Shown piece by piece: positions 1 to 14,750 of a DNA stretch of 64,000 nt. This DNA comes from Ylistrum balloti. Taxonomy: Eukaryota. The stretch's first letter is position 1, and each line of letters begins with the position of its first letter. Below the pieces are notes generated by a model. The model saw nothing but the letters and a program-made list of their open reading frames with translations. It was not told the DNA's origin and made no database searches. The translations under genes and the position numbers were made by a program. The DNA is taken from contig NW_026781982.1 in the NCBI RefSeq assembly GCF_031769215.1, positions 1,054,001 through 1,118,000 of the forward strand. The letters run 5' to 3'.

Positions 1-1000
1 AAATGAGTATTCATCTGGTGAACTGCAAACTATAAATTAATTTGTATTGATCTATGCAGACGACATGGTACTTCTGGCGGAAATAGATAAGGAATTACAG
101 AAAATGCTACATTCATTATTGTATACAAATAAATGGAATCTTACCGTAAATGCGTCAAAAACAAAGAAAATAGCCATGCACGATAGAAAAGCCTTGTTCT
201 CCCTATCTAATGTCTGTAAGGAAAATTGTTTTAGTTTCGAAAGACAACTTCACGTTTTTAACACACAGGTTTGTAGTATATTGAATTATGTGGCTGAAAT
301 CTGGGGTTTTCATAAGTACAAGATATTGAGAAACTGTTATCACGGAAAAAACTGGGCGGAGCTATTATTCCTATAGTTTTCTCTGTTTTCACCGGTTGAT
401 CTGTATCAGGCCGATCTCGTGTATATCACTTCTGTAAGGCATTGTTAAAGATTATTAGGGGTAAAGATATCTACTGCAAATGTTACGGTCTACCGAGAAC
501 TAGGTAGAGATCATCTGGAGATTATAAAAAGATATCGTATCTTTAAGTATTGTATGAACATAAAGCTTTCTGATAACTGTTTGTAACAAGCCTGTTACCA
601 AGATATGTCAGAAAACGGAAACGAATGGCTGCATGGTGTGAGAGCTGAACTTTTCACTTTGGGTTTGGAGTACAAATGGCAATATAAAGATATTGTTACA
701 CCCAATTATATTATAAACATTATTAAAACTATATTGTTAGATTTAAACAAAAGTGTTATGAAAATATAAATTCATCTTCCCAATGTTCCCTGTATAAATA
801 TATCGGTGAAGATTTTGGTTTTCAGAATTATCCTAAAAAATCTTTCGGAAATTTCATTTTATAGTTAAATGTCAAAGATATGCGGATTTAAGGAAACTAT
901 TATTATAGGCCCAGTATGTTTAAATTTATCCAAATCTATGAGCAAAAAAGAATTATAGATTTTATCAAAATTTATAATCATGAGTAAAAGAAAATTATTT
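1..1000 (+). mobile_element. Degenerate non-LTR retrotransposon (CR1/L2-like) ORF2, RT C-terminal half
   Basis: ORF 47-376 has IYADDMVLLA (RT YADD), WNLTVNASKTK and YVAEIWGFHK. Downstream frameshifted GVKISTANVTVYRELGR and IFKYC..DNCL..ACY motifs are typical of this ORF2 tail. The right end is approximate. Confidence 0.8.
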
Positions 1001-1048
1001 GATTGTGCATGGGCAACATGTTGAATTTCCTCTACAGTATGCTAACTG

Positions 1049-1051
<3 letters not shown>

Positions 1052-1099
<48 letters not shown>
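1052..1099 (+). repeat. (GT)24 microsatellite
   Basis: Perfect GT dinucleotide run read directly. Confidence 0.98.
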
Positions 1100-1100
<1 letters not shown>

Positions 1101-2327
1101 GGATGAGAACTTTTGTGTATTGATGTTTTTCATACCTGTACGCTCAAGGTAAAAAAAGGTAAAGGAATCAGATTTCGTTTTAGAATTTAACGGTTGCAAT
1201 AATGTTCATTTAATAAACATAACTATACTTGCAGGGACAGGGGATGGGAGTTGGGTTGGCAGGTATTCAAGCGATTGATATATAGATAACAAACAGAAAT
1301 AGTGATGCTAGCAGAGAGTTTATTGCATATAACTAACGCATACATTACTTAATAAAAAGATGAAAGAAGGTATAAAGTACATTATAGTAGATATAGTAAA
1401 TAGGGAACATTTATCAGATATACTACGGGGGAGGATACATTTATGATACATTAGGGGTGATAACAGTATCCTCCACTCCCTAATATTTCAGATGATTGTC
1501 TCCTAGATACTATTCTGAAGGCTATCATTAATCTATCACCCCTAGTATATCAGAAAAGTGTCCCCTAAATCATTTTCTGACAGCCATCATAAAAGTATCC
1601 CCACCCTTATTATATCTCATTCTGGGGATATTGTACTGTAATGGGGATGATTTTATGGCGGCTGTCAGAAAATTTATCTGTACCCTGCATATCTCCTCAC
1701 TGGTAGGTGTGACCCCAGCCCCCTTGTTATATAATACAGGTGTCATTCCCGATTTATCTATTTAAGTCACCATGACACCTTCACAGTTACTTATAATTAT
1801 TTTTATGATTGTCGTCTCCCCAAATTAACCTTGTACAATTCGAATGAAAAAAGATGATGAGGGGGACTAAAAATATTATAAAGCGATACTATCATGATGG
1901 CCAGAAAAAGTGTGAGGGGGGGGGGATACAAATATGATATGACACCGAAAGTGTTTTGATGGCTATAACAAATACATATGACTTGGAGTTATTGAAAAAA
2001 AAAATACAGAAAACGAAAAGAAACATGTATTTATTTGTCGGTCATAACAATAACAATATTAACATAACATTAGTGATGATGCAAATCTTGTTGAATATCA
2101 TTTGTAAACACTAGTATAAACAGAAACCTCATTGACTAAAGAATGAATACAATATTATAGACAATAAGTATTGTTAGTTGATGTGAAATTCATACAAGTG
2201 TGCCCTTATACATAAATGAAGCTATAATTACAACAGAATGGTCAATTTGTCAATAAAACATAAAACAGCTGAACCATTTTAATGGAAGATATTCTGTATC
2301 CAGTTGTTTTAGATTTCAGAAATCGGC

Positions 2328-3517
2328 ATGGCTTCATCAGATGAACATCTGATGGTGGCTGCCATTGATTTCGGTAACAGATACTCAGGATACGCCTTTT
2401 CTTTCCGTTATGGTTATGAAAAGGATCCATTGAAGATCTCAACCAACAACTTGACAGCAGGATCAAGAGGTCTAAAGGTCTCGAAGACGTCCACTTGTAT
2501 TATCTTTAAACCCAACGGAGACTCCTACTTTTTATGGTTTTGAGGATGAAGACAAGTACTCCGATCTTACTTTAGACGTGGAACATGAAGGATGGTATTA
2601 CTTCCGCCGATTTAAAATGAAGCTTGATGAGAACAAGGTAGTAATGAAGTCTGCTTGGTTAATTACTTTCAAAATTGAAAACATATTTGTGATCAAATCT
2701 ATAAAAGAAGATGAATTCTTTTAAATTAAATGGGTTTATTTTTCTCCTTTTTACTAACTGAAATATGTATAGACTTCAATACAATTACACTGCTGATGAC
2801 CAAAGGACATCATAGAAATGATTGTACAAATGTACAAATACAAATTAAGAGCCTAACTAAACTCAAAATGAATCATACGGCTGCTTCATTCTGGGACATG
2901 GAGAGGTAAAGTCTATCTTGATGGTAGGAGGTTTTTCGGGGTCCACCATACTTCAAAATGAAATAAAAACAAAGTTTCCAAACCTGCGAGTGATTGTGCC
3001 TCCTGATCCGGGGTTATCGGTTCTTAAAGGTGCTGTTATGCTCGGATATGCACCGTGGTCCGTCAGTTCATGATTGTTCAAATATACCTCTGGCTCAGGC
3101 CAAGCATGGACATTTAATCCTGAGAAATACGATTCTGCTATGCCTTTCACCACTTCACCTTGAAAATGGAAAGTTAATGATTTATTTGATATCCATGTTG
3201 TTGCTGGAGATTGCGTGGATTTCCGAATGCCACTGATAGTTAGATTTTACAACCCATGTGAACCTGGCCACACTGCCATTCGATTCTATTTGTACACTTC
3301 CACAAAGAAAAATCTCAAGTACGTAACAGACCCCGGATGTGCCAAGATCGGTCATGTGACAATCACTCTGTCTGACAGTGCTAAGGGACTGGACTGGTTG
3401 GTAGAAGTACAGATATCTTACACCAAAACAGAAATAGAGATTACAGCTGTTGACAGAAATAGTGGGAGGGAAGCCGCAATGTCAGTCGAGGTTTCTGGAG
3501 GTGTTGAGCTAGAATAG
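2328..3517 (+). pseudogene. HSPA12-like pseudogene, copy A (internally deleted, frameshifted)
   Basis: Exon 2328-2637 encodes MASSDEHLMVAAIDFGNRYSGYAFS...FKPNG (frameshift) GFEDEDKY...WYYFRRFKMKLDENK|gtagta, with the same intron position as the intact copy. It then jumps at ~2880 to VKSILMVGGFSGSTILQNEIKTKFPNLRVIVPPDPGLSVLKGAVMLG...NPCEPGHT..KYVTDPGCAKIG...TAG at 3517; AATAAA at 3534. Two middle exons and the first ~150 codons of the last exon are missing. Confidence 0.88.
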
Positions 3518-5042
3518 CCACTTTAACATTGCAAATAAAGGTGCTTTGTGATTTTAAATGTTACCGGTATTGATGATTAGAAATAACAAGCAAACAAAAC
3601 TGTCATTCTTTGAGTACGGATTCATTAGTATAGAAACAAGAGAATGATAGCGTAAAGATATGAGAAGGTACTCGATTCAACTTCACTATTAACATAAATT
3701 GTGAATGATAATAACATATCTATTGAATTTGGAGTTTACGGCTTTTATCTTATCAACAAAACTATAAAGGAAATATTTTGGATTTCTACAAGTAAATACA
3801 AGAAAATATATAAAAAACATTTTTGTGCAGATCATTTTTTTTTTTAATTTCATCCTTTTTGCTGCAATTTGTTAAACTCTTAGCACCGTAGAATGGTATT
3901 TTTCTCCATCAAGCACTTCTATAAATTGTTACTTTGAAATGCTTGCCTCAGTAAAATATATAAAATTTCCGTCTCAAACTACTTGCCTTAATTGTTTAAT
4001 AAAGAAAAAGATATTCTAGTTTATCAGTTCAACTTGTGAAAAGATGTTAAATCGTCATTTACGGTCAATGCTAGAGAAGAGAGTGATAATTCAAGTGTAA
4101 GACGAGTTGAAGAAACTTCTCAATTCTCTCCACGATTTTTTTACAAATCACTTTGATCACCTAACAAGAATTTGGCAAATGTTGAAAGGTGAACTGTACA
4201 ACTCCCATATCCCTCACCTTTATATGCTTACAGAAGCAGAAATATAATGATTTACCTAGTAACAATATATCAGACAGTACAACAGTTGAAGCATTAAGTA
4301 ACCACTTGACATCAGAATAATTTTGCATGTATATAGGTTACACGAAATCTGAGCGTCAACAATACATATTTACTACGTGTCTGTTTCATTGATTGTTTTT
4401 ACGACCTCGCGAACGACCTGACGGCAAACTACCATACCCGGAAGTCTGAGGAAATCAGAAGGGAAATAAACGATATATTAGAATAGTGGTAATCAATGTT
4501 CAGCATGATGCTTCATTTAACCTTTAATACAAACAGCCTCGTAGTATATATCTATAAAGGGAAAATATGTAGTCACAAAGTGGCAGATATTTAAATAAAC
4601 TTAACTAATAAAATGTAATAACTATAATCTAATATACATCACTACAATGATGTTTGATTTCGCTTTTTTCACATTATAATTTGTCATCATAGAGATGTAA
4701 TTGAATTTGTTATTTGACAACGTGGCATACAATTGGGATTCACCAATCGCTTTGTCAATTGAAATGATCACATTCAAAGATAATGAAAAGAAATATTAAA
4801 ATGTTGTAAATAACTTTCTTATTTCGTGTAAAGAGCAGCTTATATTTCTAGAATACCGTATCAAGATTGTTGATATAATGCTACAAATAACACGTATGAA
4901 TGATTTTACATTCTATTATCTGATGTGTTTACTGTGTAGTGTTCGGATATGTTCACTTAGTTTGACAAGTTCGCTAGTGAATGCTTTTGTGTCATTCATT
5001 GCTGATGTTAATGAGCGTAACTTGGTATTGTTTAAGTCTCGA

Positions 5043-5545
5043 TGGTGTATTGTTTTTGTGTGTCTCTGAAGTATTGTTGATGTGTGTCCCTGGTGTATTG
5101 TTGATGTGTGTCCCTGGTTTATTGTTTTTGTGTGTCTCTTGAGTATCGTTTAAATATCTCTGGTTTATTGTGTATGTGTCCCTAGTGTATTTTTTATGTG
5201 TGTCCCAGGTGTATTGTTTAAGTGTGTCCCATATGTATAGTTTATTTGTGTCCCAGGTGTAATGTTGATGTGTGTCCCTGGTATAATGGAATGTATGTCC
5301 CTGATGTAATGTTTATGTGTGCCCTTGGTGTAATGTTTATATGTGTCCCAGGTGTATTGTTTATGTGTTTCCCTGTTGTATTGTGTATATGTGTTACTGG
5401 ATTATTGTTTAAGCGTGTTCCTTGTGTACGTGTGTTCCTTGTATATTGTGTGTGTGTCACAGATGTATTGTTTATGTGTTTCCTTAGTGAAGTGTGTAAG
5501 TATGCCCCATGTATATGTGTATATGTGTCCCTGGTGTGTTGTTGT
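5043..5545 (+). repeat. ~24-bp minisatellite (consensus tgtattgtttatgtgtgtccctgg), ~21 degenerate copies
   Basis: Tandem units read directly. The overlapping C/V/M-rich and T/H/N-rich ORFs are artefacts of the 24-bp period. Confidence 0.92.
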
Positions 5546-6579
5546 GTACCACATTTACAGACTTTACGAAAGTGTTCTTTGCTTTCACTTAGCTGCTACG
5601 ATAGGTTTCCATGTCAATAAAGCCTTCTGTTTGTTATTTACTAACGGTTAATTAAACATTACCAAATTTGGAGTATCTAGTGTTAGTCTCAGTATATTTT
5701 GTTTTTAATATCGACTGTGTTTGTAAATTATGTATCGTTCAAATGCGATGTTATTTGATTTAAGCAAATGGTTTTTTGACAGTATGAACAAGGTCGAAAA
5801 TATTTGGAAACTTTTAATCTACTTTGAAATTGAAATATACTATTCGTGGGTGCGTTTTTGTGAATCTTATAGTACTTGGAATGAACTGTCCATGTTGTGG
5901 AAATATTATTTGAAATAATGTAAACAAATTGAGATTGTTCTCCTTGTGGCAATAAAAACCAGAAAATGACTAAGAGTAGAATTGAACTGCGTTACAATTA
6001 CCATTGAGTAGGAAACACTGAATAGATTAAACATGCGGCATTATCGTGCTTCATTGAATTTCCCTTTATCCAGTTTTAGCATTCATATCGTAAATGGATT
6101 TAAACTGAAAACAGTTCAACAATTAAATATGATCATTAATAAATAACAAACTACAGTATTTAAAAGCAAATTCCTATTGAAAATTAAAAAAACAAAAGTG
6201 TAATAATTTTCTATCATTTTTGTGTTTATTTTATCGAGATCTCATTTGAAAATTCCAATTGGGTGGTTATTTTTCCAGATTCTGCACACGACATATCACC
6301 TTCTATGTACATTACCGACATTAAATTATATAATTATCTCATTGAGAAATATTCTTTTTGCGATGTTGGATGTCAGGTGGTTCTGTATATATATATATTT
6401 TTTTAATTTTAATTTTTTTTTTTTTTTTTTTTGGCGGGGATGGGGGGTGGGACGTGACATTACTTACTGGAACTGACCAAGGTTTAAATGACGTACCGAT
6501 GATGAAGCAAAAGACGTTTACGATTACGGAACCCTTGCCGTTATTCTCCTTGTAGTTGTTCATGTATTTTTTGTTCATA

Positions 6580-6843
6580 TTTATATCTAACTAAGGGGGA
6601 ATCAGGTTGTCCGTCCGTCTGTCAGTGAAGACATATCTTGTCCGGTCAATTCTTCCTAAAACTTGCGAACTGATTTTCAAAAACTACACAGAAATGTAAG
6701 GGACAATGTCGTGGAGGATTCAATGGTCGTACATAAAATTGAAGTCACTGGAACTGAAACTAAACCAAATTAATGTAAAAACTCTTTACATCTGCGGGGG
6801 GTAGTAGTTATCCTCAGGATGACAGTTCTACTTTGTCCTAGTT
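6580..6843 (+). mobile_element. Putative non-autonomous Helentron/HINE (DINE-1-like) element
   Basis: Starts tttatatc, has a (GTCC/GTCT)n microsatellite at ~6609-6622, a G-rich 3' segment gcggggggtag, and ends ...ctagtt. This layout is characteristic of invertebrate HINE/DINE elements; family assignment is inferred. Confidence 0.45.
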
Positions 6844-7639
6844 TTATTGAATTTGAGTTTGGATTATGATCTTGTTGATACTGACATTGTGGTACAGGTT
6901 TTGCCAATAGCAGCGAAGAATTTTAAATTACAATATTGTGCACTTATTGCTAACAATTCTCTGAGAAGCACAACGATATTTCGAAAACAACAAGAAAATA
7001 CCAACATAATTATGTATCAAACTCAGTAACAACCTATATCATAAGAAATACTTAAAACTCCGATTATGTCCCTTTAATCAATCATTAATTACATATACAA
7101 CATTTATATATAATATATATATCATATATAACAAGACAAATTTTCGCTATTAGTTTTGTACTGAAAGACCTTCCACACGAAAATGAAAATGAAATATATA
7201 GACTTCATTTATCATACAACAATTTTGAAGCATGCTATTTCAACTCATGCTAATTTTGTTGGCCCGGATGTAAGCACGAGATGGGTCTGTAGTACCCGTG
7301 GAAAAACCCCTTACCATTTCATGTCTGTTCGGGGAATCGTACCTGTTACCAGTGAGCCAACCGACCATCCAAAAAAATCCTTGATGCAAATAACATGTTT
7401 ATAAACACGACAATATATATATAATATAAAGATTTTTCAAAATAATTAATAACGTAGTTCATTAATGAAACACAATACGCAAACAAAAAAGTATCATGAA
7501 CACTGATGTATGCTGGTCTAAAGATTAAACCAACTCTGGAAATGTTAAATATTTATAGACTAATAAAGTTGAGTATTTGAAAGAGCGTTTGTAAAACACT
7601 ATTTTAGTTAGGACGTAAATATGTTCACAACATAAGTTA

Positions 7640-7960
7640 ATGCGAGCTGCTAAATATTCCTATATCATAGATAATTTCATAGGTTAAGAAAATGCCGAAA
7701 AAGGACAATTCTTATAATGAAAAATTATATTTTCAATTGAATGCTTATATTGACTATCTTCTAAATTCTCACACCGAAGCATTCACAGAAAGCCATCACC
7801 AAGCTGACTTGCTAAGTAGAGACCTTTTTTGCACTCTTACTGAACACGGTGGTTAACAAAACATAGAGTGGGGAAACACGCGTAATTTAAGATAATTGAT
7901 TGATGATGTGTTACACAAATAAATGAGGTACGATATTGTTATGATGCATAAGTATTTAAA
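7640..7960 (+). mobile_element. Highly degraded LINE ORF2 C-terminal fragment
   Basis: Frameshifted AYIDYLLN, QKAITKL and NIE..NR...IDD motifs resemble the KAITKLR.S.H.L.IE.GR...R.C..IEDE tail of CR1-like ORF2. Confidence 0.35.
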
Positions 7961-9083
7961 ATGCATTATTGAAGCAAATCACAACCTAATCAAAATACAT
8001 TATTTTAGTGAAAACTAATCATTATTTTATTTTACGAATGAATTGAAATGCCAGTACACCCTACCAGCTAGCAAGAGAAATATCTTTCATCTAAAACGGA
8101 ACACAAATATATGACATGGTAACAGAAATATTCATGGAAATCTAGAGTAGTCTACTTACTGTCCTTAGTATGGATAGGGGCACATATGTGATATATGAGT
8201 ATCTATGAAAAAAAAATCACATATAAGGGATAACTGATCTTATTTTCGCGTATATTTGAAGGGGTCTCCGTGTAAATCTTTCATACATTCTGATTTTGCC
8301 CTAGGTTTATTGAAGTTTTGTATATATATGGATTGTGATTTTGTTAGTATTTTCATTGTCCTTTTAATCGAAAGTTCTTAAAACTGAAAATGTCTGATAT
8401 TTCAATCTGTGTCTTTATTTTTTTTTTATTTCGTTTATACAAGCTTTAAATTTCAATAAAGCTTAATGCTTTTCAAATATTGGTAATATGTGTGGCTTTC
8501 CTATGCGTTGCCCTTGCAAATGTACTTCATGGAGAATTATATTTAAAAAGAGGTATGGAACCGAGAAAACAGATTTTACTTTCCTTTCATACTTACGTTT
8601 TCTGTTAAAAATTAAATTGTTCTGAATATCATCATGGTAAATCCGTGTCCTTACTAATATGTCTATATTACACAAAGGTAGATGTTTGTAGTCTAACCAA
8701 AAATATATTTGTCTCATCACAGACCTGTATAATCTTTTAAGACGGCAGGTGAGTAAACAGCCATGAAGGCAAATCGTAACAATTTGATATTGATGAGATG
8801 TATCAACAAATTGACAGTACCTCAATACAAAATCAACCCAAGGTCGACGTTCTGCTCTATCTGTAAAATCGCTTTTATAAAAAGCAAGTTAGAATTAATA
8901 TTCGTTGGATTTTTCATTTCAGCGGGATAAGTCATTTAAGTGTTATTCGATTTTCACAATTATCGACAAGATCGAACATATTCGTGAAGTCATATAAAAA
9001 GTTTGTGAAATATTCTGTCGTATTTGCATTTTTGTGTTATTAAGGATAATTAAAAATACACTTCATGGCTCGTATTTGTGACA

Positions 9084-12000
9084 CTATAAAAAATCGAATG
9101 CCGCGGTAACTTTCTCCCCGGTGTACTTGTCAGTAGCATCAACCTCGAGTTCTGTGTTTCCGAAGGTCATCTGTACCATTACAGACCTGTCCAGTCCCTT
9201 AGAAGTGTCCGGCATGGTGATCGTTAAGTGACCAATTTTGGTGCATCCTGCATCTGTTACATACTTTGGGTTTTTATGTATCGAATTATACACTTCAAAT
9301 GATAGGGTCGTTTGGTCTGGTTCAACAGGTCTGTAACTATTTACTGCCTGTGGTTCTCCGATATTTACACGATCTCCGTAACTGACATGAATATCAAATA
9401 TATCACGACATCTCATTTCTCCAGTAGAAGAGGTGAAACGTTTACAGTTGGCATGCTTCCCACTATCGAATGGTAGTGTAGTTTTTACTCCATAAGTAAA
9501 CTGACAAACTCTTGCTCTTATACTCGTCGGTTCATGTCCAAATATAACGGCCCCTTTCAGAACGGCTAGTCCTGCTTCCTGTGGCACAATCACTCGGATA
9601 TTTGGAAAATTTGTTCTGATTTCATTTTGAAGTACAGGCGACTCTGAGTATCCTCCGACCATCAAGATACTATTCATCTCACTCATATTCGGCTCTTTCA
9701 GCAACTTCTTCAAATGGGACACGACATGATTTATTGAATCTTTGAACAACTCATTTGCTCGATTTCCGCTTATTCTAAGTTTATCAGCATTAATGGACGT
9801 GTACTCCCTGAAGCGTAATTTAGACTCCACAATTGCTGCTATATCCACATTGTTCTCATGTTTACATGCATCATCTAAGGCTTTCGGAAGTCTAAAAGTG
9901 ACTTTTGCAGAGGACAGAGCATTTGGTTTGATATTGCGCTTTTTTAGTTCAAAGTCCCGGAAGAGTGCGATCATGTCGGCCTTGTTCTTTTCCTGAAAAA
10001 AGTGGAAAGCCTTGTTACCTATGATTCCCGTTAAAAGAAGTTTAAACGCGTAATCCACCTTGGTCCCTCCCCAATCTCCGCCACATGCCTTATGGATTTC
10101 GTTCAAAGATCCATCGCTTTGAACCTCGTGCACTGCGATATCTATAGTCCCACCTAGAAGCAAAACACTTTAAAAACTTAATATCATCAGAATACCAAAT
10201 AAGTTTACCTCGGAATTGCAAACCAATGGATGTTCTTCTTTCCTGCATACATGCATACCTTTCGTGTAAATATTCTAATTTTGATGTTTTGAATATGAGG
10301 AAAGTATTTGAATTTGAAATTGCAAGGGTTATCATCAATAACTTTTGAACTACTGCTTTTGATAGATTTAAAAATTGTAAAAAGAAAAAGATACATATGT
10401 GACATTTCAATGCAGATCTAGATTTAGAAACACAATAGCCAAATAAGTAATTCAATGTCATTAAGCAGCTGTTTCGGCCTTCTATGACTCGTCAGTGTTG
10501 CTGTTTAATGTGAAATAATGACCCGAAATTTAAGTGACAATTTATTTGGTGTTACAATCGTCTTTCCTATCAGGACGTGCTTCAAAATCGGGTAATTGGT
10601 TACTTAATTGATTGCCATAGACATTTTAATTGACATTACCCTGTCTATTATAAGTCAGTTCCACTGTAAGCCTTTGAGCTAGGCACGCGTCTACTCTACA
10701 CGTCATCCGTCAAGTCAAATACAAGGTTGTACCAGACAGTTTATTGTCTGTACCGAATAAAATCCAATTCGAATAATTTCAAACGAATGCAAAGTACAGG
10801 CATACTTTCTGAACCATGCAATGAATTAAAACGTGTCATGCAAGTTAATAACTTGTCAATTTAACTTTCGTCATATCCTCAAAATCATAAACTATTCATT
10901 AATGTTAATAATGAATATTTAACATTCTTTCGTTTATCCTCAAAATGTATGAAGGATATATTTAAATCGCGTACCTCCTGCGTCCAGCACCAGATACTTG
11001 AACCCCGAAGTAAAGGTCTTCAATTTACCCTCTCCTGTTCGTTCCATGGGGAGATGTTTGCAGAATAAGGATGCTGCCTCTGGTTCTAGAGCTATTTTAA
11101 GGTGATCTCCTCTGATACCAGCCTAAAACAAAGCAAACCTGACTCATGAATCATGGAAATCCGAAGAACATTTTGTTATTCAATGGGTGTGTAGGTTATA
11201 TTGATAGTAACTGGTCCGGAGTTTAATTTAACGTATGTTTTATCACTACTTAAGTCTATATTCTTTTAATATACTAATAAGTCAATTCAATAAATTATCC
11301 ACATAAAGTTTTATAAACGTTCTTACTGAATACTGGTTCAATCAGTAATTGCTTTCACTAGCAATGTAGAAGTTTTATTCTGTACTTATTAAATGAATTC
11401 AATCTTACCACTATGGCGGCCTCTCGCATGAACTGTTTGGAAGCGTTAGACCAGATTGCCGGAACAGTGAGAACCCACGAAATGTCTGATAGTTTTACGT
11501 CAGTCAGCTTATTGTTTAATGACGTCATCAGGTGATCCTTCAGATACTTGATGGCTGCCGCAAACACCTTTATTGCAGGCATGGTGCGACCTTGATCATC
11601 TTCTATCTCGAACGACCGCTTCAATTGCTAGATGTATATCAGAAAACAAATACCTTGGTCATCGACATAAACCAGTTCAGAGAATCGAGAGGTCATTAAC
11701 CTCCCAATCCATTCTCACCAATTCTAAAAACAAACGATTTTTATCCAGAAAAATGACCTAGGTCTTGGACGCAAGGTGCTTTATTTCTGAATACGGTTCT
11801 TCTTGAGTAATAACAAAATAATGTGAGAAAATGGAACGATAAACGCCACACCTTGCTTGGAAGTATTAAATGTTAAATACCGTTACATTTGAATTAGTAC
11901 TACACAACAACAGGTAAAAGATAAAACTCTTTTATTTCCATTGAGTATTTTGACATCAGCTAGTGCTGTGCTTAGACATCATTATGTATAAACATTTGCA

Positions 12001-12448
12001 TCATCATCAGAATGTCGATACATAAATAATGTCGTCACTAGTAATACTTTCATGTGTACCGAAAAATACATTAAAAGCAGAGTGATACGCGAGGCAGGGC
12101 GAAAACCACAATGACTGAGAAAATAAAGAGACGGTGAGATACCTTGTTCCCACCAATCTTCATTTTAAATCGGCTGAAGAAATACCATCCTTTTTCGTCT
12201 CCGTCTAAAGCTAGATTGGAATAGTTGTCTTCAGCTTCGAATCCAAAAGAGTGGAAGTTTCCATTGGGTTTAAAGAGAATACAAGTGGACGTCTTCGTTG
12301 ATACCAAACCCCCTGACTCTGCTGTCCAGTTGGGTGTTGAAATCACTAATGGGTCTCTAGCATAATCAGCGATGGTTGAGAAGGCGTATCCCGAATAGGT
12401 TGTGCCGAAATCAATGGCCGCCACCAGTAAATGACATGGGGGTTGCAT
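9084..12448 (-). CDS. HSPA12A: Heat shock 70 kDa protein 12A-like (HSPA12), copy B, apparently intact, 580 aa
   Basis: Coding exons 12448-12143, 11627-11409, 11122-10975 and 10153-9084. All three introns are GT-AG (phases 0, 0, 1) and the total is 1743 nt with no stops. Motifs: VAAIDFGTTYSGYAFS, WVLTVPAIW, IALEPEAAS, YLVLDAGGGTIDI, ILMVGGYSES, AVLKGAV. An acceptor (tttag|aaatc) 10 nt before the ATG implies an upstream non-coding exon; a candidate donor is GTAAGT at 13331-13326. Confidence 0.95.
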
Positions 12449-13899
12449 AGTTAGATTTCTAAAGATAAAACAGGTATTAATGTTTTTCATTCCATTTTTT
12501 TCATGTCATTTAACAAGTTCTATGATGCATTATGAAGTGTAAATTACGTCGTTGAAAAACATACTAAAGAGGAGGAGATCATGACAAGATGACAATAAAA
12601 CATTAACTTTGTAGGTGCTGCTTATAAGCGATTGGTGAAAAAACGTGAAGTTTTGCTATTGGATTAAATCCTAAACATATCAGATATTTGTATCATATTT
12701 ACGAACAATTATCGTTCCCATTTCTCGGCTGTGATATCGTTTAAACACAACACATTACAAACTATTGACAAAGTAAAGAAATTAGGCCATTACTCGCTCC
12801 TCCATTATAGATTATACTAATCGGAGAGAAAACCTTAGATAGCAATGTTATTCTCGTAGTCTACATCAGCTCTTATCTGATATTTATGATAATGTTTGTT
12901 GCTTTACGATACAAATATCAATACGACATTTTCCACTCAGGACAATATTACACATACCTGTTCTATTCTTACTTATGATTAATATAACTGAAATTCAAAT
13001 TATACCGATCAATCAAATATAACTTTTCAAAACTAAATAAAACAATCCTCTGTCTAACACATATTTGCTTTGGTGTCCAAAAACTTTAAATCTAAATACG
13101 ACATTTCATTCAACACTATCATTTTCCTGACATCTGTTTCGATCGCATAAAGGAAATTCGACTGATACTGTGTTATCGCAATCAGATATATAAAAGATAA
13201 TAATAATGTATATCAGATGTCAGGAATATGCACTGACATGTTAAAGATATTTATTATATGTGTTATGTTACATTCATTTGGATGAAGTAGGTCAAGTACT
13301 TCGACTACAAAAAATAGTCCTTTAAACTTACCAGTAAGATATTCAACGTATGTCAGATAATTTCATTAGTGCAAAATAATCATTTAATTACCTTATTCAC
13401 CGTTATTGGCGGTTGACTCCTTAGAAAGCGTCCAAATTATTACAGGACTGTCCAACACCTCGTACCCATAGTACTTGAGTGATAACAGTTGAACCACGTG
13501 ATAGATCAGCTTAAAAATCACAAAAGCAAATTGTTGAAGTGATCACATGTCAAATACATGACATACCTGTGAATAGATTGTGATGATACACAATCGTGAT
13601 GTATATGTGAACATGCTGAGATAGTGTATCAAACGCCTTTAACAGCAGTTGAATTTTACTTATATCCTAACATGAAACTCCATTATACCTTTTTGTTACA
13701 ATAGCTGAGAATGGCTTTTCTTCTCTACGACTTCGTTCTCATCTGACATCTGAGCATCATATCCCCAGGACCGACTCAGGAATTAGCACTCATCCTTCAA
13801 CACCAAGAAGGGTGTTCTAACACTTATCCCCTCATGTCTCATGATGAAACGGCAACGTCAATACAGGATCTCAATAACACAACAGATGAACACTCTTTT

Positions 13900-14750
13900 T
13901 GACTCAAGGTTTTGAGTTCCACACTGACTCGATTGACCGTTTTCATTCATCTAATCACGAACGTTTTCCCGCTCTGACCATGTTTGTCTATCCTGATCAT
14001 CCAGCAATCATCAGCCAAGTAGCAAGCAACTCGGACACCGACATAAAACTTTTAACAAAGCATCGAAATCATCTATACCATCGGCCATCTCGCCTTTGTT
14101 TTAACCATCGATATTGCCATAGGTAGATCTTGTCCATTATTTCACACATTAGTGTAGGACTCTTAATTTGATGTGACGCTCTCCAGGTACAATTGATATA
14201 TTTTCGGTAATGAAGACCACTGGAGATCACCACCATATGCCAATAATCACAAGCGGGGACTTACCTAACGAATACCAACCTCAATGCACTTTCCTACTGT
14301 AAGTCAATCCTTCCGCAAACAGTCCATCCCAATCAATAATGACACTTGTTCATTGTAATAGGGTACACTATTCTCGCTCATCGTCCATATAACCATCGTA
14401 AAACCATCCAGATCAGTTGCTTATTATGATGGGTCCGATGATACAATACAACGATCATGACGGTATCGTCCCATTTAAGGCTACAAGGACAATAAGATCC
14501 TTCGTTTTGCTATAAGGCTGTGTAGAGAAGTTAATGGGCCCCTGGGACCGTCAAACGACTCAACACTGGTGAACTCAAACCACATTTGATCTCTACACAC
14601 ACTTAATATTTCATTAATTGGACTCTGGATATAACCAGCAAGGATGTACCGATGTCAGATCAACACAAGGCTGGCTATCAACTACGGGGTAAACGCCACT
14701 GTCTAAACCAGCAGCAGGACCTAACTGACCACTAGATGTTATTAATCGTT
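13900..14750 (+). mobile_element. Very degenerate Gypsy integrase remnant upstream of HSPA12 copy B
   Basis: Scattered in-order remnants across frames: LFSH..D..Q, H-W-RSPPY-AN, LAHRPY..IMMG, WAPGTVKR. These parallel the LFS.FG.P..SDNGPQF / H..S.PY.PQ.NG / SPAELLMGR / W.PG.V layout of integrase. Confidence 0.3.
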
